This document shows, one piece after another, positions 1 through 9,773 of a stretch of 51,434 nt of DNA. A model generated the notes under the pieces. The model was not told the origin of the DNA and did no database searches. It saw nothing but the letters and a program-made list of their open reading frames with translations. The first letter of the stretch is position 1; every line of letters begins with the position of its first letter. A program made the translations under genes and the position numbers. This stretch comes from Candidatus Methanospirareceae archaeon. GTDB taxonomy: Archaea; Halobacteriota; Syntropharchaeia; Alkanophagales; Methanospirareceae. The DNA is taken from the NCBI GenBank assembly GCA_049975405.1, contig JBNGDK010000003.1:17133-68566 (forward strand), written 5' to 3'.

Positions 1-898
1 GATTCAATTCCCAGCTCGTGACCAGCGCCATGACCGCTTCCTTGCCCTGCTGCTTGAACGCCTCACAGATCACTGAAAGGAATCGTATATCGACCGATGC
101 AAGGCCGACATTTGCATATGGCACAGCGTATTCGTTGCCATTGAAGACAACGGCTATGCCGCCCCGGCGTGCCACCTCGTTCAGCATCTTGTAATCAGTA
201 ATGCTGTCGCCGACCGCGATGATGTCTCGAACCGCAATGCCCTTCTCAGCGGCGATCGTGCGTACAGCTTCGGCTTTCCGTTCACCGCCGACGACGCGCG
301 TCGAGAAGATATCGAACCCCAGTGCAGGAAGCTGCTGGAAGAACAGCTCATCCAGCCGTCTCGTGAGCTGATCCTCATCATCGCTTCCAAGGTTCGCGTA
401 GAGCCCGAGAATCTCATCCTGCGCATCGTTCATGAGCGTAAAAGCCGCTTCGGGTAGTGCAAATCTCAAAGTTTCCAAATGCAACTGGGTACAGAGGATA
501 TGGTCCTCAGGAACGCCCAGTTGCCGCCCGATATGGTGCGCATGCTGCTCATAGCTGGTGGAGATTATGTACATGTCCCAGCCATCCGACTGTAACTGTC
601 TGAAGAGGGTTGTAGCGCCATCAACGAGCTTTGCACGCGCAGATACGCGTCTGATATCAGCTTCCGTAATAGAATGCGCCAGGAGGAACGGCACGATGAG
701 CGCGAGCGTATCGCCAGGCTCGTAACCTGCGCGGCCCTGAAGCGAAATAATGTCATCATACCGGCTGATCACCTCGAAGATGCGTGCACCATCGTCTCCC
801 ATGAGCTTCATCACCTCATAGGCATTATCCTGCGGTGAAAGTGGCCCTTCGAGATCAAAGCAAATGGTCCGTTCCTGTCGCGACGTCGTTGCAGTCAT
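1..898 (-). CDS. EhaR-like HAD-superfamily hydrolase (COG4030-like), truncated at window edge
   Basis: Not in the ORF track; read manually from ATG at 898 (upstream AGGAG): MTATTSRQERTICFDLEGPLSPQDNAYEVM...ISTSYEQHA...VGDSITDYKML...FNGNEYA. Frame stays open to base 2; HAD motifs I, II and IV present. Confidence 0.8.
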   Translation of the reverse strand, partial: MTATTSRQERTICFDLEGPLSPQDNAYEVMKLMGDDGARIFEVISRYDDIISLQGRAGYEPGDTLALIVPFLLAHSITEADIRRVSARAKLVDGATTLFRQLQSDGWDMYIISTSYEQHAHHIGRQLGVPEDHILCTQLHLETLRFALPEAAFTLMNDAQDEILGLYANLGSDDEDQLTRRLDELFFQQLPALGFDIFSTRVVGGERKAEAVRTIAAEKGIAVRDIIAVGDSITDYKMLNEVARRGGIAVVFNGNEYAVPYANVGLASVDIRFLSVICEAFKQQGKEAVMALVTSWELN

Positions 899-980
899 CT
901 CATGCACTCCTGATCATCCCGATCTGACGACGAAGAAGAATAAGAGAGCGCGCTATAAATATGAGACGCATTCTTCATAT

Positions 981-998
981 ATAGGCAGCCCTAACAAA
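981..998. promoter_or_regulatory. Putative DtxR/SirR-type operator
   Basis: TAGG-CAGC-CCTA palindrome (982-993) overlapping a TATATA box just upstream of the DtxR-family ATG; shares CCTAACAAA with the feoA upstream site. Confidence 0.55.
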
Positions 999-1007
999 CC
1001 TACGTGT

Positions 1008-1466
1008 ATGCTGAGCAGAAAAGCGGAAGATTATCTGGAAGCAATCCTGAACGTAACGGAGCAAAAGGGATACGCGCGCGTGAAGGACGTTGCGACGGCG
1101 TTGCAGGTCCGACCACCGAGTGTTGTTGAGATGCTGCGGAAATTGGACGGGCAGGGCTTTGTGGTGTATCAGAAATATGAAGGCGTACGATTGACATCGC
1201 GGGGGAACGAGATCGCGCGTGTGGTAAAAAACCGTCATGAGACGATCCGGTCATTCCTGGAGCTCCTGAACGTGCCAACAAAGATCGCGGATAAAGATGC
1301 CTGCGTCATCGAGCACGATCTGGAGCCGAAAACGATTGAGCAATTGAAGAAGTTCGTGCAATTTGTGCTGACCGCACCTGATTATCCAGAATGGCTCGCG
1401 CATTTCGAGACCTTCTGTGAGACCGGTGTCCATCCGTGTACTGATGAACAGCAAGAGCCAAAATAG
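1008..1466 (+). CDS. DtxR/MntR-family metal-dependent transcriptional regulator
   Basis: MLSRKAEDYLEAI...ARVKDVATALQVRPPSVVEML...RHETI...DACVIEHDL; true start at ATG 1008, not 864; no C-terminal SH3/FeoA domain. Confidence 0.93.
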   Translation: MLSRKAEDYLEAILNVTEQKGYARVKDVATALQVRPPSVVEMLRKLDGQGFVVYQKYEGVRLTSRGNEIARVVKNRHETIRSFLELLNVPTKIADKDACVIEHDLEPKTIEQLKKFVQFVLTAPDYPEWLAHFETFCETGVHPCTDEQQEPK

Positions 1467-1565
1467 CGTCACTCATTCGTAACCGTCTGCAGCACAGCCC
1501 ACGCCGCGAGGACCGTCAAATTGTAGTCAGGCACGTCGTATCGGTCGTCGCATGTGCTCGGGTTC

Positions 1566-1624
1566 GTTTAGGTTTATCTGCAGTATCCTAACAAAGTTAG
1601 GTGAGGCTTTTTCCGTGCCTAAAC
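1566..1624. promoter_or_regulatory. Cluster of TTAGG/CCTAA half-sites upstream of feoA (putative DtxR operator)
   Basis: TTAGG at 1568 and 1597, CCTAA at 1587 and 1618; central palindrome CCTAAC-AAA-GTTAGG (1587-1601). Confidence 0.55.
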
Positions 1625-1647
1625 GGAGAGTATAAAAATAGAGTGTC

Positions 1648-1914
1648 ATGAAGAATCCGGTAAGGTTTCAGGAATTAGGAGCAGGAGGCGTTCCTCTTAG
1701 CTCGCTGCTGCCGGGCGAGCAAGGGCGGATCATTGCGGTGGGTATGGGCGCAGGACGGCAGCATCATTTCCGTCAAATGGGGCTACGGGAAGGTAAAATC
1801 GTTACGGTGATCGCGACCCAGCCGGCGCGCGGCCCGTTCGTCCTGGAGATCGAGGGTGCGCAGATCGCCATCGGGCGGGGGATGGCGATGCATATCCTGG
1901 TCGAGAAAATATGA
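1648..1914 (+). CDS. feoA: Ferrous iron transport protein A
   Basis: FeoA pattern (PLSSLLPGEQGRI...MGLREG...GPFVLEI..AQIAIGRGMA); ATGA overlap with feoB. Confidence 0.9.
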   Translation: MKNPVRFQELGAGGVPLSSLLPGEQGRIIAVGMGAGRQHHFRQMGLREGKIVTVIATQPARGPFVLEIEGAQIAIGRGMAMHILVEKI

Positions 1915-3632
1915 AGCAGATTATTCTAACCGGCTGCCCCAACGTTGGCAAGAGCGTTTTATTCTCACGATTGACCGGTGTGAACGTGATCTCATCGAAT
2001 TATCCGGGCACCACGGTCGATCTCACGCGCGGCACAACCAGGATCGGAGACGAGAAATACGAGCTGATCGATATACCGGGGACGTACTCGCTGGAGCCGA
2101 CCTCAAAAGCCGAGGAAGTCGCCCGAAAGATGCTCCAGAGTGGCGATATTGTTATTAATGTCGTTGATGCAACGCATCTGGAACGGAATCTCTACTTGAC
2201 GTTGGAGCTCCTGGAGATGAAGAAGCCCACGATCGTTGTACTCAATCTCTGGGATGAGACACAGCACCTCGGCATCGAGATCGATCTCGCCCGGTTGGAG
2301 CGTGAGCTCGGCGTTCGGGTTGTTTCGACCTGCGCGATCTGTGGTTCGGGCATTATAGAGCTGGCTGCTGCAATAAGCATGGCAGAGCCCTCGAAGACGA
2401 TGCAGCCGATGTCCGAGGAGGAACGCTGGATGCGCGTCGGCGAACTCATTCGTGACACACAGCAGGTGCACCACCGCCACCACACGTTCTGGGACCGGTT
2501 GGCAGACATAACGGTACAGCCAGCGAGCGGTATCCCACTGGCGATACTCGCGATACTCCTCGTCTTCCTCTTCATTATTGAGATAGGGAACGCGCTCATC
2601 GAATACGTGCTTGATCCCTTCTTTTATGGCCTTTACGCACCCTGGATCATCAACGCCGTAAACTCGTTCGCGCCGAGCGGGTTCTTGCATACTATCTTGA
2701 TCGGGACCTCGACGATCGAAGCACCGGATTTTGAGCAGTCACTGGGCATTCTGACGACGGGCCTCTACGTGCCCTTCGGCGTGGTGCTGCCCTTTATCAT
2801 CACCTTCTACTTCATGCTTAGCCTGCTTGAAGATCTGGGCTATTTGCCCCGGCTCGCGGTGCTCGTTGATACCGGTTTGCATAAGCTCGGGTTGCACGGC
2901 TCCGCGATCGTTCCGACGATTCTGGGCTGCGGTTGCAACGTCCCGGGCGCGTTAGCCACACGTATCTTGGAGACGGAGAAGCAGCGGTTCATCGCAATGA
3001 CGCTCATGGCGGTCTCTATCCCCTGCATGGCGCAGTCTGCGATGATCTTTGCCATCCTCGGTCGCTATGGGCTCAGATGGATACTTATCGTTTACCTTAC
3101 CCTCTTCGTGCTCTACATTATCTTAGGGCTGGTCCTGAAGCGAATCGTGAAGGGTGAGAGCCCCGAGCTGTTACTGGAGGTACCGCCGTATCGCAAGCCC
3201 GATCTGCGAACATTACTGAAGAAGACCTGGTCGAAAGCTTACGGCTTCCTCGCCGAGGCCATTCCCTTCGTCATTCTCGGCATCTTCATCGTGAACCTGC
3301 TCTATCTCTTTGGGATCGTTGACTGGCTCTCGATGCTCTTCGCGCCTCTATTAACCACGGTGCTCGGGCTGCCAGAGGGCGCGATCGTTGCGCTAATGCT
3401 CGGCATTTTGCGGAAGGACCTTGCGATCGGCATCCTTCTGCCCCTGGGTATGACACCACAGCAGTTGACGGTCGCGTGCATCATTCTGGCCACGTACTTC
3501 CCCTGTATCGCGACCTTCGTGGTGATGCTCCGCGAGCTGGGCGTGAAGGCGCTGCTCAAAGCTACTGGATTGATGGTGCTCATCTCCTTCTCGGTTGGCG
3601 TGCTGATACGGATAATGCTCATCGGCGTTTAA
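1911..3632 (+). CDS. feoB: Ferrous iron transport protein B (compact form)
   Basis: G1 GCPNVGKS, NYPGTTV, DIPGTYSL, LEDLGYLPRLA, GCGCNVPG, YFPCIAT; multiple TM segments. Confidence 0.95.
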   Translation: MKQIILTGCPNVGKSVLFSRLTGVNVISSNYPGTTVDLTRGTTRIGDEKYELIDIPGTYSLEPTSKAEEVARKMLQSGDIVINVVDATHLERNLYLTLELLEMKKPTIVVLNLWDETQHLGIEIDLARLERELGVRVVSTCAICGSGIIELAAAISMAEPSKTMQPMSEEERWMRVGELIRDTQQVHHRHHTFWDRLADITVQPASGIPLAILAILLVFLFIIEIGNALIEYVLDPFFYGLYAPWIINAVNSFAPSGFLHTILIGTSTIEAPDFEQSLGILTTGLYVPFGVVLPFIITFYFMLSLLEDLGYLPRLAVLVDTGLHKLGLHGSAIVPTILGCGCNVPGALATRILETEKQRFIAMTLMAVSIPCMAQSAMIFAILGRYGLRWILIVYLTLFVLYIILGLVLKRIVKGESPELLLEVPPYRKPDLRTLLKKTWSKAYGFLAEAIPFVILGIFIVNLLYLFGIVDWLSMLFAPLLTTVLGLPEGAIVALMLGILRKDLAIGILLPLGMTPQQLTVACIILATYFPCIATFVVMLRELGVKALLKATGLMVLISFSVGVLIRIMLIGV

Positions 3633-3683
3633 CCGGAATATTACCGTAACCCGCAAGAATGAGCCTGCACCTGGAATCTGATT

Positions 3684-5246
3684 TTAAGCTCGTTTTCTCG
3701 GGATTCGCGCCCTAACCGCCTTGGCGCTCTCACGTGGCTGGATGTACAGGCCGGTCATCGTCTCATTCAGAACCCTGTCACTGTTCCGCGGCGTGAGCAG
3801 ACTGAACACGATCAGTACCACGGCCGAAATGATGAGTGCAGGGAAGCTGAAATGCACGGGCAACTTCGCTATGTACTGGTCCCAGTAGCCAAAGACGCCC
3901 GCACTGAGCAGGCCCAGGGCCATGCTGGCTATAGCTCCGGCTCTTGTCGCACCTCGCCAGTACATGCCACCGAGCAGCGGCACGGCGAAGGTCGCGAGCA
4001 TGACACCGATCCCCATCCAGATGAGCCATGCAAGCATCTCCGGTGGATTGAGTGCCAACCAGAGCGAGCCTACTGCTGCGACGACGACCGCGATTTTACT
4101 CATCCAGAGCACCTCCCGATCACTCGCCGTCGGCTTGAAGAGATTATGGTAAATATCCCAGGAGAACATGGTCCCGATGGTCAGCAGGAGACGATCGGTC
4201 GTGGACATCACGGCGGCGAGCACGATCACCGCAAAGACACCCCAGATGAAGACGCTGGCGAATGCGTGTTCAATGCCGTACATGAAAGCGAAGTCTTGCG
4301 CGTTGACCGCCTCAGGGAGTACCAATGCACCCTCAATTTCCAGCACGCGAACGGCGAAGCCCGCGAATTTCACGAGGAGCATCACGACGACGTATACCAC
4401 AAAGGCAATGAGCGGAGACCACCTGAAATACCGGGCCTCCTTCGCGGCAAGTACATTGTTAATGACGTGCGGCGCCACGGCGAGTCCGATCATGAGCATT
4501 ATGGCGAAAGAGAAGAGGAATTCTGGCGTAGCGAACGCGTAGCCCGCGTAGACCGGTGAAGGATACCACGGCTGCACCATGTTCGGATCGACACTGGCCA
4601 GCACCTCGTTGATATGTGTCAGACCGCCCGCTTTCATGATCACGACGGGGGCAGTGAGCATGACACCACTAATAAGAATACCGCCCTGAACGAGGGTGGT
4701 CCAGGAGACAGCAAAGAGCCCGCCAATGACCGTGTAGAGCGTGATAATAATCACGGCTATCAAAAGCGCCTGCAGATGTGGTATCTTGAAGAGCCACATG
4801 AGCACGATACTGATCGCGGTGTACTGCCCCACGAGGTAGATCAGCGAGACCACCACGCCTGCAACGGCACTCAGCCCGCGAATCGCCCGTGGGCTTTCAA
4901 ACCGATGGACAAAGTAATCCTGAACGGTCATATAGCCCGCCTGTTTCCCCACATGATGGAGCTTCACGCCGAAGAGGATGATACAGAACGCGGCAGAGAG
5001 CGGTACGAAGAACTGCTCCCAGATGGTCGGCCACCCGGTCGAGTAACCCAGGCCGCTAACGCCGACGAGCGTCATGCCGCTACAAATCGAAGCGACCATC
5101 AAGATCGTAAAGACCCAGAAGCCCAGTGAACGTCCCGCAAGGATATAATCCTCCGTGGTCTTAATCTTTCGCGATCCCCATGCGCCGATTCCGATGAGAA
5201 CAAGGAAGTAAATCGCGACGATACCGATGGTAAGGCTGTCCGACAT
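3684..5246 (-). CDS. Sodium:solute symporter (SSS family)
   Basis: EDYILAGRSLG, SGMTLVGVSGLGY, LAAVMSTTD and many TM helices; start moved to ATG 5246 (MSDSLT). Confidence 0.92.
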   Translation of the reverse strand: MSDSLTIGIVAIYFLVLIGIGAWGSRKIKTTEDYILAGRSLGFWVFTILMVASICSGMTLVGVSGLGYSTGWPTIWEQFFVPLSAAFCIILFGVKLHHVGKQAGYMTVQDYFVHRFESPRAIRGLSAVAGVVVSLIYLVGQYTAISIVLMWLFKIPHLQALLIAVIIITLYTVIGGLFAVSWTTLVQGGILISGVMLTAPVVIMKAGGLTHINEVLASVDPNMVQPWYPSPVYAGYAFATPEFLFSFAIMLMIGLAVAPHVINNVLAAKEARYFRWSPLIAFVVYVVVMLLVKFAGFAVRVLEIEGALVLPEAVNAQDFAFMYGIEHAFASVFIWGVFAVIVLAAVMSTTDRLLLTIGTMFSWDIYHNLFKPTASDREVLWMSKIAVVVAAVGSLWLALNPPEMLAWLIWMGIGVMLATFAVPLLGGMYWRGATRAGAIASMALGLLSAGVFGYWDQYIAKLPVHFSFPALIISAVVLIVFSLLTPRNSDRVLNETMTGLYIQPRESAKAVRARIPRKRA

Positions 5247-5248
5247 GC

Positions 5249-5356
5249 TCAGGATACCTCCCGGAACCGCAGGCCCCACAACAGCAGCACCAGGAGCATC
5301 AGGAGAAATGCTCCGCCCAGTATATAAACCGTAGTATCAGGTAATCCGAGTATCAT
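5249..5356 (-). CDS. 35-aa single-TM putative symporter accessory protein
   Basis: Manual translation MILGLPDTTVYILGGAFLLMLLVLLLWGLRFREVS*; stop lies 2 nt before the SSS ATG; TTTAAATA box upstream (5381-5388). Confidence 0.75.
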   Translation of the reverse strand: MILGLPDTTVYILGGAFLLMLLVLLLWGLRFREVS

Positions 5357-5575
5357 AGTGACAGAGGTTGAAAAGAGCAGTATTTAAAGCTGTTCGATAA
5401 TACGCTCAACTAATTAGCACTTTACTGTAAATATGGTAACCTTTATCGCGGAAAAGAGACCTTCCTACCTAGCAGGACACCGTCGTGTCATTGCCCGTTT
5501 CAGATGCTGATGCACCCTTCCGCTGCCGAAGATGCTGAATGAAGACGGTACCCTGCAAGTGATTCATTCGATCTA

Positions 5576-6004
5576 TTAGAGGCTGTAGAGTTCTGAACTC
5601 CCGATTATTCGGTAGCCCTGCCCTTCAAGCACCCGCTTGGCCGTTGCGCGATCTGCGACATCGAGCACGATAATTGCCCGTTTCTCCTTATCGATTACAA
5701 AACCGTAGCAGTCATCTATATTCACCTTCGCCTCACGCAGGACTTTCAACACGCTGTGGAGACTTCCGGGCGTGTTCTGCACCTCGACGGCGACGACATC
5801 GGTTGAAGAAGCGGTCATGCCCGCCTGCTGCAGGGCGCGAAAGCCCCGCTCAGGATCATCCATAAGGAGCTGAAAGATCCCGTATTTCTCGTCCGAGGTG
5901 ATCTTCAGCGCCAATATATTGACTGCTGCGTCCGCAAGGATACCCGTGATCTGCTCCAGTTTTCCCAGGCGATTTTCTAAAAAGACATTAATCTGCGTGG
6001 CCAT
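5576..6004 (-). CDS. Tandem ACT-domain protein (PaaK-associated)
   Basis: MATQINVFLENRLGKLEQITGILADAAVNI...VEVQNTPGSLHSVL..L.EAKVNI; follows paaK by 4 nt. Confidence 0.9.
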   Translation of the reverse strand: MATQINVFLENRLGKLEQITGILADAAVNILALKITSDEKYGIFQLLMDDPERGFRALQQAGMTASSTDVVAVEVQNTPGSLHSVLKVLREAKVNIDDCYGFVIDKEKRAIIVLDVADRATAKRVLEGQGYRIIGSSELYSL

Positions 6005-6008
6005 CCAT

Positions 6009-7310
6009 CTAATTCTCCTTTCGTAAATCCACCACCCGTACGGCCTTGCCCTCCGTTCGGGGCAAGCTACCGGGCTCGTGGAACTCCACCCGTGGGCGCA
6101 CCACGATTTCATCCTGAACGGCCTTGAGAATATCATTTTCAAGCTTCCTCAGCTTTCTCAAGTCGCCGTTGAACATCTTTGGATACAGCTCGACCTTGAG
6201 AACCAGCTCGTCGAGCGTGCCCTTCCGATCCACGTAGATCTGGTAATTGGTAGCCACTTCAGGGAAGCTCATGAGCACGTCCTCGATCTGACTCGGGTAA
6301 AGATTAACGCCCCGGACAATGAGCATATCGTCGGTCCGACCTTTGATTCGTGAGATGCGCACGTGCGCCCTGCCGCAGGCGCAGGGTTCGCCATCATCCA
6401 CAATAGTAGCAAGGTCGCCAGTTCGGTATCTGATGATCGGCATGGCCTCGCGGCAGAGCGTGGTCACGACCAGCTCGCCTTCCTCACCCGGGCCAAGCAC
6501 CTCACCGGTACGGGGATTCACCACCTCGAGCAGATACTGATCTTCCCAGAAATGCATCCCGCTCTTCTCCTCGCATTCAAATGCGACTCCGGGGCCGTTT
6601 AGCTCGGACATACCATAAGAATTGAAGACGCTGATGTCATAGATATCCTCGATCTTCTGCCGCGTCTGCTCAGAGTGCGGCTCGGCACCGACGAAGCCAA
6701 TCCGCAAATCAAAGTCTCTGGGATCGTCGCCCTCCGCCTCTATGATCTCCGAAACATAGAGGATATAGGAGGGCGTGGCATGGAAGACGGTTGAGTTAAA
6801 ATCCTTCATCAACTGGATCTGGCGCTTGGTGTTCCCGACACCGGACGGGATGACCAGCATGCCCACCTTCTCCGCGCCGTAATGAAGTCCCAAACCACCC
6901 GTGAACATCCCATAGCTGATAATGTTCTGGAAGACATCACGTTGATCCGCACCGGCCATCACAATACACCGGGCAACGAGGTTTGCCCAGTTCTCAATGT
7001 CTCTGCGGGTATGAAAGATGACCGTGGCCTTGCCGGTAGTACCAGAGGATGAATGCAGCCGTACGATCTCATCATGCGGCACGGTCACGAGTCCAAAATC
7101 GTAATTCAGGCGCAGATCATGCTTTGTGGTGAACGGGAGTTGAACAATGTCCTCGGGCTTGGTAAACTGCGACTCATCGATACCTGCCAGGCGATGCCGA
7201 TAAAAGATCGAGTGTCGAGCACGGGCGATAACGGCCTTTAACCGTTTTAGCTGTACCGTAGCAAGTTCATCTCGCGGTAGCGTTTCTATCTGCTCATCCC
7301 AGAAAGCCAT
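6009..7310 (-). CDS. paaK: Phenylacetate-CoA ligase family protein (copy 1)
   Basis: HSSSGTTGK, YGMFTGGLG, YGMSE, IRYRTGD, GRTDDMLIVRGVN, EGKAVRVVD. Confidence 0.93.
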   Translation of the reverse strand: MAFWDEQIETLPRDELATVQLKRLKAVIARARHSIFYRHRLAGIDESQFTKPEDIVQLPFTTKHDLRLNYDFGLVTVPHDEIVRLHSSSGTTGKATVIFHTRRDIENWANLVARCIVMAGADQRDVFQNIISYGMFTGGLGLHYGAEKVGMLVIPSGVGNTKRQIQLMKDFNSTVFHATPSYILYVSEIIEAEGDDPRDFDLRIGFVGAEPHSEQTRQKIEDIYDISVFNSYGMSELNGPGVAFECEEKSGMHFWEDQYLLEVVNPRTGEVLGPGEEGELVVTTLCREAMPIIRYRTGDLATIVDDGEPCACGRAHVRISRIKGRTDDMLIVRGVNLYPSQIEDVLMSFPEVATNYQIYVDRKGTLDELVLKVELYPKMFNGDLRKLRKLENDILKAVQDEIVVRPRVEFHEPGSLPRTEGKAVRVVDLRKEN

Positions 7311-7510
7311 GAATCCTATGTAGCGTGAGAACTATATAAATCCGCACGCCGGTCTGTAACGCCGTGGCCTTGTACGGGCATGTAATGTGCCGATAGGGCA
7401 CGAACGAGTTTATTTTCTGAGCCCGCAAAAAGGAAAAGCTTAAATAATCCCTACCTCGTAGATGTAACAAGGTTAGCAGATATTGCAGAATGAAAAGTAG
7501 AGGTAGAACC

Positions 7511-8824
7511 ATGAAATATACGACTTTAGTATCGGTGATAGTGATAGCCTCGCTCCTACTCGCAGGCTGTGTGGAACAACCAGAAGAACCGGGGGTGGAA
7601 ACGGGAGAGCTGAAGATCGGTGTGGTCGCATCTTTAACTGGAGGTGCCAGTGCGACGGGCACGGATATGTGGCAGTCCGCAGTCCTGGCAGCAGAAGAGA
7701 TAAACGCGAAGGGCGGCGTCGTCGTCAACGGCGTTCCGATGACCATAACACTTGTGCAAGGAGACGATGAATCCTCGCCGAAAGCCGGTGTAGAGACCGT
7801 GACGAAGCTCATTACAGAGAATAAGGTCGACCTTCTTGTCGGCGGCTTCTCAAGTAGTGTAACGTTCGCTGATTCAGTTGTTGCGGCGGAACACAAGGTG
7901 CCGTTCATCATCACGGGCGCCTCTTCACCGGTATTAACGCACCGGACCGATATTGACACCAGCTACTTCTTCCATCACTGCCCCACCACAGACGATTACG
8001 GTGAGCGCACGACGATCTTCGTCGATGAGATTGTAAAGCCCGAGATCTTTGCACGTTTCAATTTCCCCGAAGACCGACCACTGAGAATGGCGCTGCTTTA
8101 CCAGGACAGCGCATACGGCATAGGCGTTTATGACGCTACCAAAAAGACGATTGAAACGTATAATCTCAACATTGAGATCGTTGCCGCGGAAAAATTCAAG
8201 ATGGGTGAGACCGATTACCGAACGCCGCTCACGGTCATAAAGGCTGCTCAACCCGATGTCATCTATCCTGTCGCGTTCCTCAACGAGCAGACGCTCATTG
8301 TCACGCAGGGCAGAAAGGATGTGGGGTTACACAGCATTTACCTCTCGGTAGAATGCAACGATGATCCGGACTACTACACCGGCGTGGAGCGCTGGGGTGA
8401 ATACTCGATCCAGGAGAGCCGATTTGGGCCCTATGCCATTCCTGCAGGGCCGATTGAGAGTGCCGTGGAGCAGTTCAGGGATGACTTTACTGCGCGCTGG
8501 GGTGCACCACCGAGCATGATGGGCGCGTCTACCTACGAGGGCATTTATATCGCGGCTGAAGCGGTGAAGAATGCTGGTACGGTGGATAAGGCAAAGGTCA
8601 AGGACGCACTGGCTGAGATCAGGATGTCGCAAATGATCGAGGCAATGCAGGGCGGCGTGATCACGTTCACGCAGGATTACCGAGAGAGCAAGTTCGATCT
8701 CTATATGCAGCAATTGATCTGGGACGATTCTGCGGGTGAGACGAGGCCGAAGATCGTATGGCCGAATAGCGTAAAGGAGACTGATTTTGTACTGCCGGAC
8801 TGGTACGAGCCCGGGAGTACATAA
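7511..8824 (+). CDS. Liv-type ABC transporter substrate-binding lipoprotein
   Basis: Signal peptide with lipobox LLLAGC; KIGVVASLTG...LAAEEINAKGG, DDESSP, GGFSS periplasmic-binding motifs. Confidence 0.9.
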   Translation: MKYTTLVSVIVIASLLLAGCVEQPEEPGVETGELKIGVVASLTGGASATGTDMWQSAVLAAEEINAKGGVVVNGVPMTITLVQGDDESSPKAGVETVTKLITENKVDLLVGGFSSSVTFADSVVAAEHKVPFIITGASSPVLTHRTDIDTSYFFHHCPTTDDYGERTTIFVDEIVKPEIFARFNFPEDRPLRMALLYQDSAYGIGVYDATKKTIETYNLNIEIVAAEKFKMGETDYRTPLTVIKAAQPDVIYPVAFLNEQTLIVTQGRKDVGLHSIYLSVECNDDPDYYTGVERWGEYSIQESRFGPYAIPAGPIESAVEQFRDDFTARWGAPPSMMGASTYEGIYIAAEAVKNAGTVDKAKVKDALAEIRMSQMIEAMQGGVITFTQDYRESKFDLYMQQLIWDDSAGETRPKIVWPNSVKETDFVLPDWYEPGST

Positions 8825-8843
8825 TCTTTTTTCTTTTTTTCAT
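8825..8843 (+). terminator. Oligo-T tract after the substrate-binding protein gene
   Basis: TCTTTTTTCTTTTTTT immediately after the stop codon, typical of archaeal terminators. Confidence 0.5.
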
Positions 8844-8858
8844 TGTTCTCTCTATCCC

Positions 8859-9770
8859 ATGGATATTAGCCTTTTTGCGCAGATTTTGGTGTGGGGCCTT
8901 TATGCTGGGTGCATTTATATCCTCCTCGCCATCGGTCTGAATTTGATCTTTGGCGTGATGAAGGTGGTGAACTTCGCCCATGGCGAATTGCTGATGCTTG
9001 GCGCTTACGTCGCCTTCTGGCTTTACACCTATTCCCGCATTAATCCGTATCTTGTGCTCCCCCTTGCCATGCTGCTTATAGCCCTTCTCGGACTAGCGAT
9101 GGAACGGCTTGGGTTCCGGCCGATCATGGGCACGGGGAAGTTGAATGAGATATTCCTCAGTCTCGGATTTATGTATCTGTTCCAGAATCTCGTGGCGTAT
9201 CTGTGGTCAACGAATTCGCGATCCGTTCGCAGCCCGTACAGCAGCATTTCAATTCCCCTCGGCGCGATCAAGCTGCCACTGGATTATCTCATCATTATCA
9301 TTATTACTATCGCCTTCTTGATCGCCTTTCAACTCTTCATGAAGCAAACAAACCTCGGGCGTGCGATGCGAGCCACAAGTCAGAATAGGGAAGCCGCGGC
9401 ACTCATGGGTATTAACGTAGAACGAATGGACATGCTCAGTTTTGCGCTGGGTTCTGCGCTAGCCGCGTCAGCGGGAGGTTTGTGGTTGATCAGCGGCCAG
9501 CTGGTGGACCCTTATATCGGTGCTATTCCCGCGATCAAGGCCTTTGCGGTCATTATCATCGGTGGCCTGGGGAGCATCCCCGGGGCGATCATTGCGGGTC
9601 TAACGCTGGGCATCGCGGAAAATCTGGTCCCGCTACTCATGCGCTACTTCATGGAACTCTTCGGCATTTCGATGTCCTTCACGGCATGGAAGGATACGAT
9701 CGCCTTCTTCATATTGATTATCGTTCTGGTACTACGGCCGACGGGCATCTTTGGTGAGCAGGGTGAGTAG
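8859..9770 (+). CDS. livH: Branched-chain amino acid-type ABC permease
   Basis: GLNLIFGVMKVVNFAHGE, GRAMRATSQNREAAALMGIN, IIGGLGSIPG, LRPTGIFG; start at ATG 8859. Confidence 0.9.
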   Translation: MDISLFAQILVWGLYAGCIYILLAIGLNLIFGVMKVVNFAHGELLMLGAYVAFWLYTYSRINPYLVLPLAMLLIALLGLAMERLGFRPIMGTGKLNEIFLSLGFMYLFQNLVAYLWSTNSRSVRSPYSSISIPLGAIKLPLDYLIIIIITIAFLIAFQLFMKQTNLGRAMRATSQNREAAALMGINVERMDMLSFALGSALAASAGGLWLISGQLVDPYIGAIPAIKAFAVIIIGGLGSIPGAIIAGLTLGIAENLVPLLMRYFMELFGISMSFTAWKDTIAFFILIIVLVLRPTGIFGEQGE

Positions 9771-9773
9771 GAA

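Noticed and set aside
1-898. Evidence for an Eha hydrogenase operon
   Set aside because: Only the EhaR-like HAD is visible; it has its own divergent promoter and no hydrogenase subunits are in the window.
864-1007. N-terminal extension of the DtxR ORF
   Set aside because: Overlaps the divergent HAD gene start and promoter; family similarity starts at ATG 1008.
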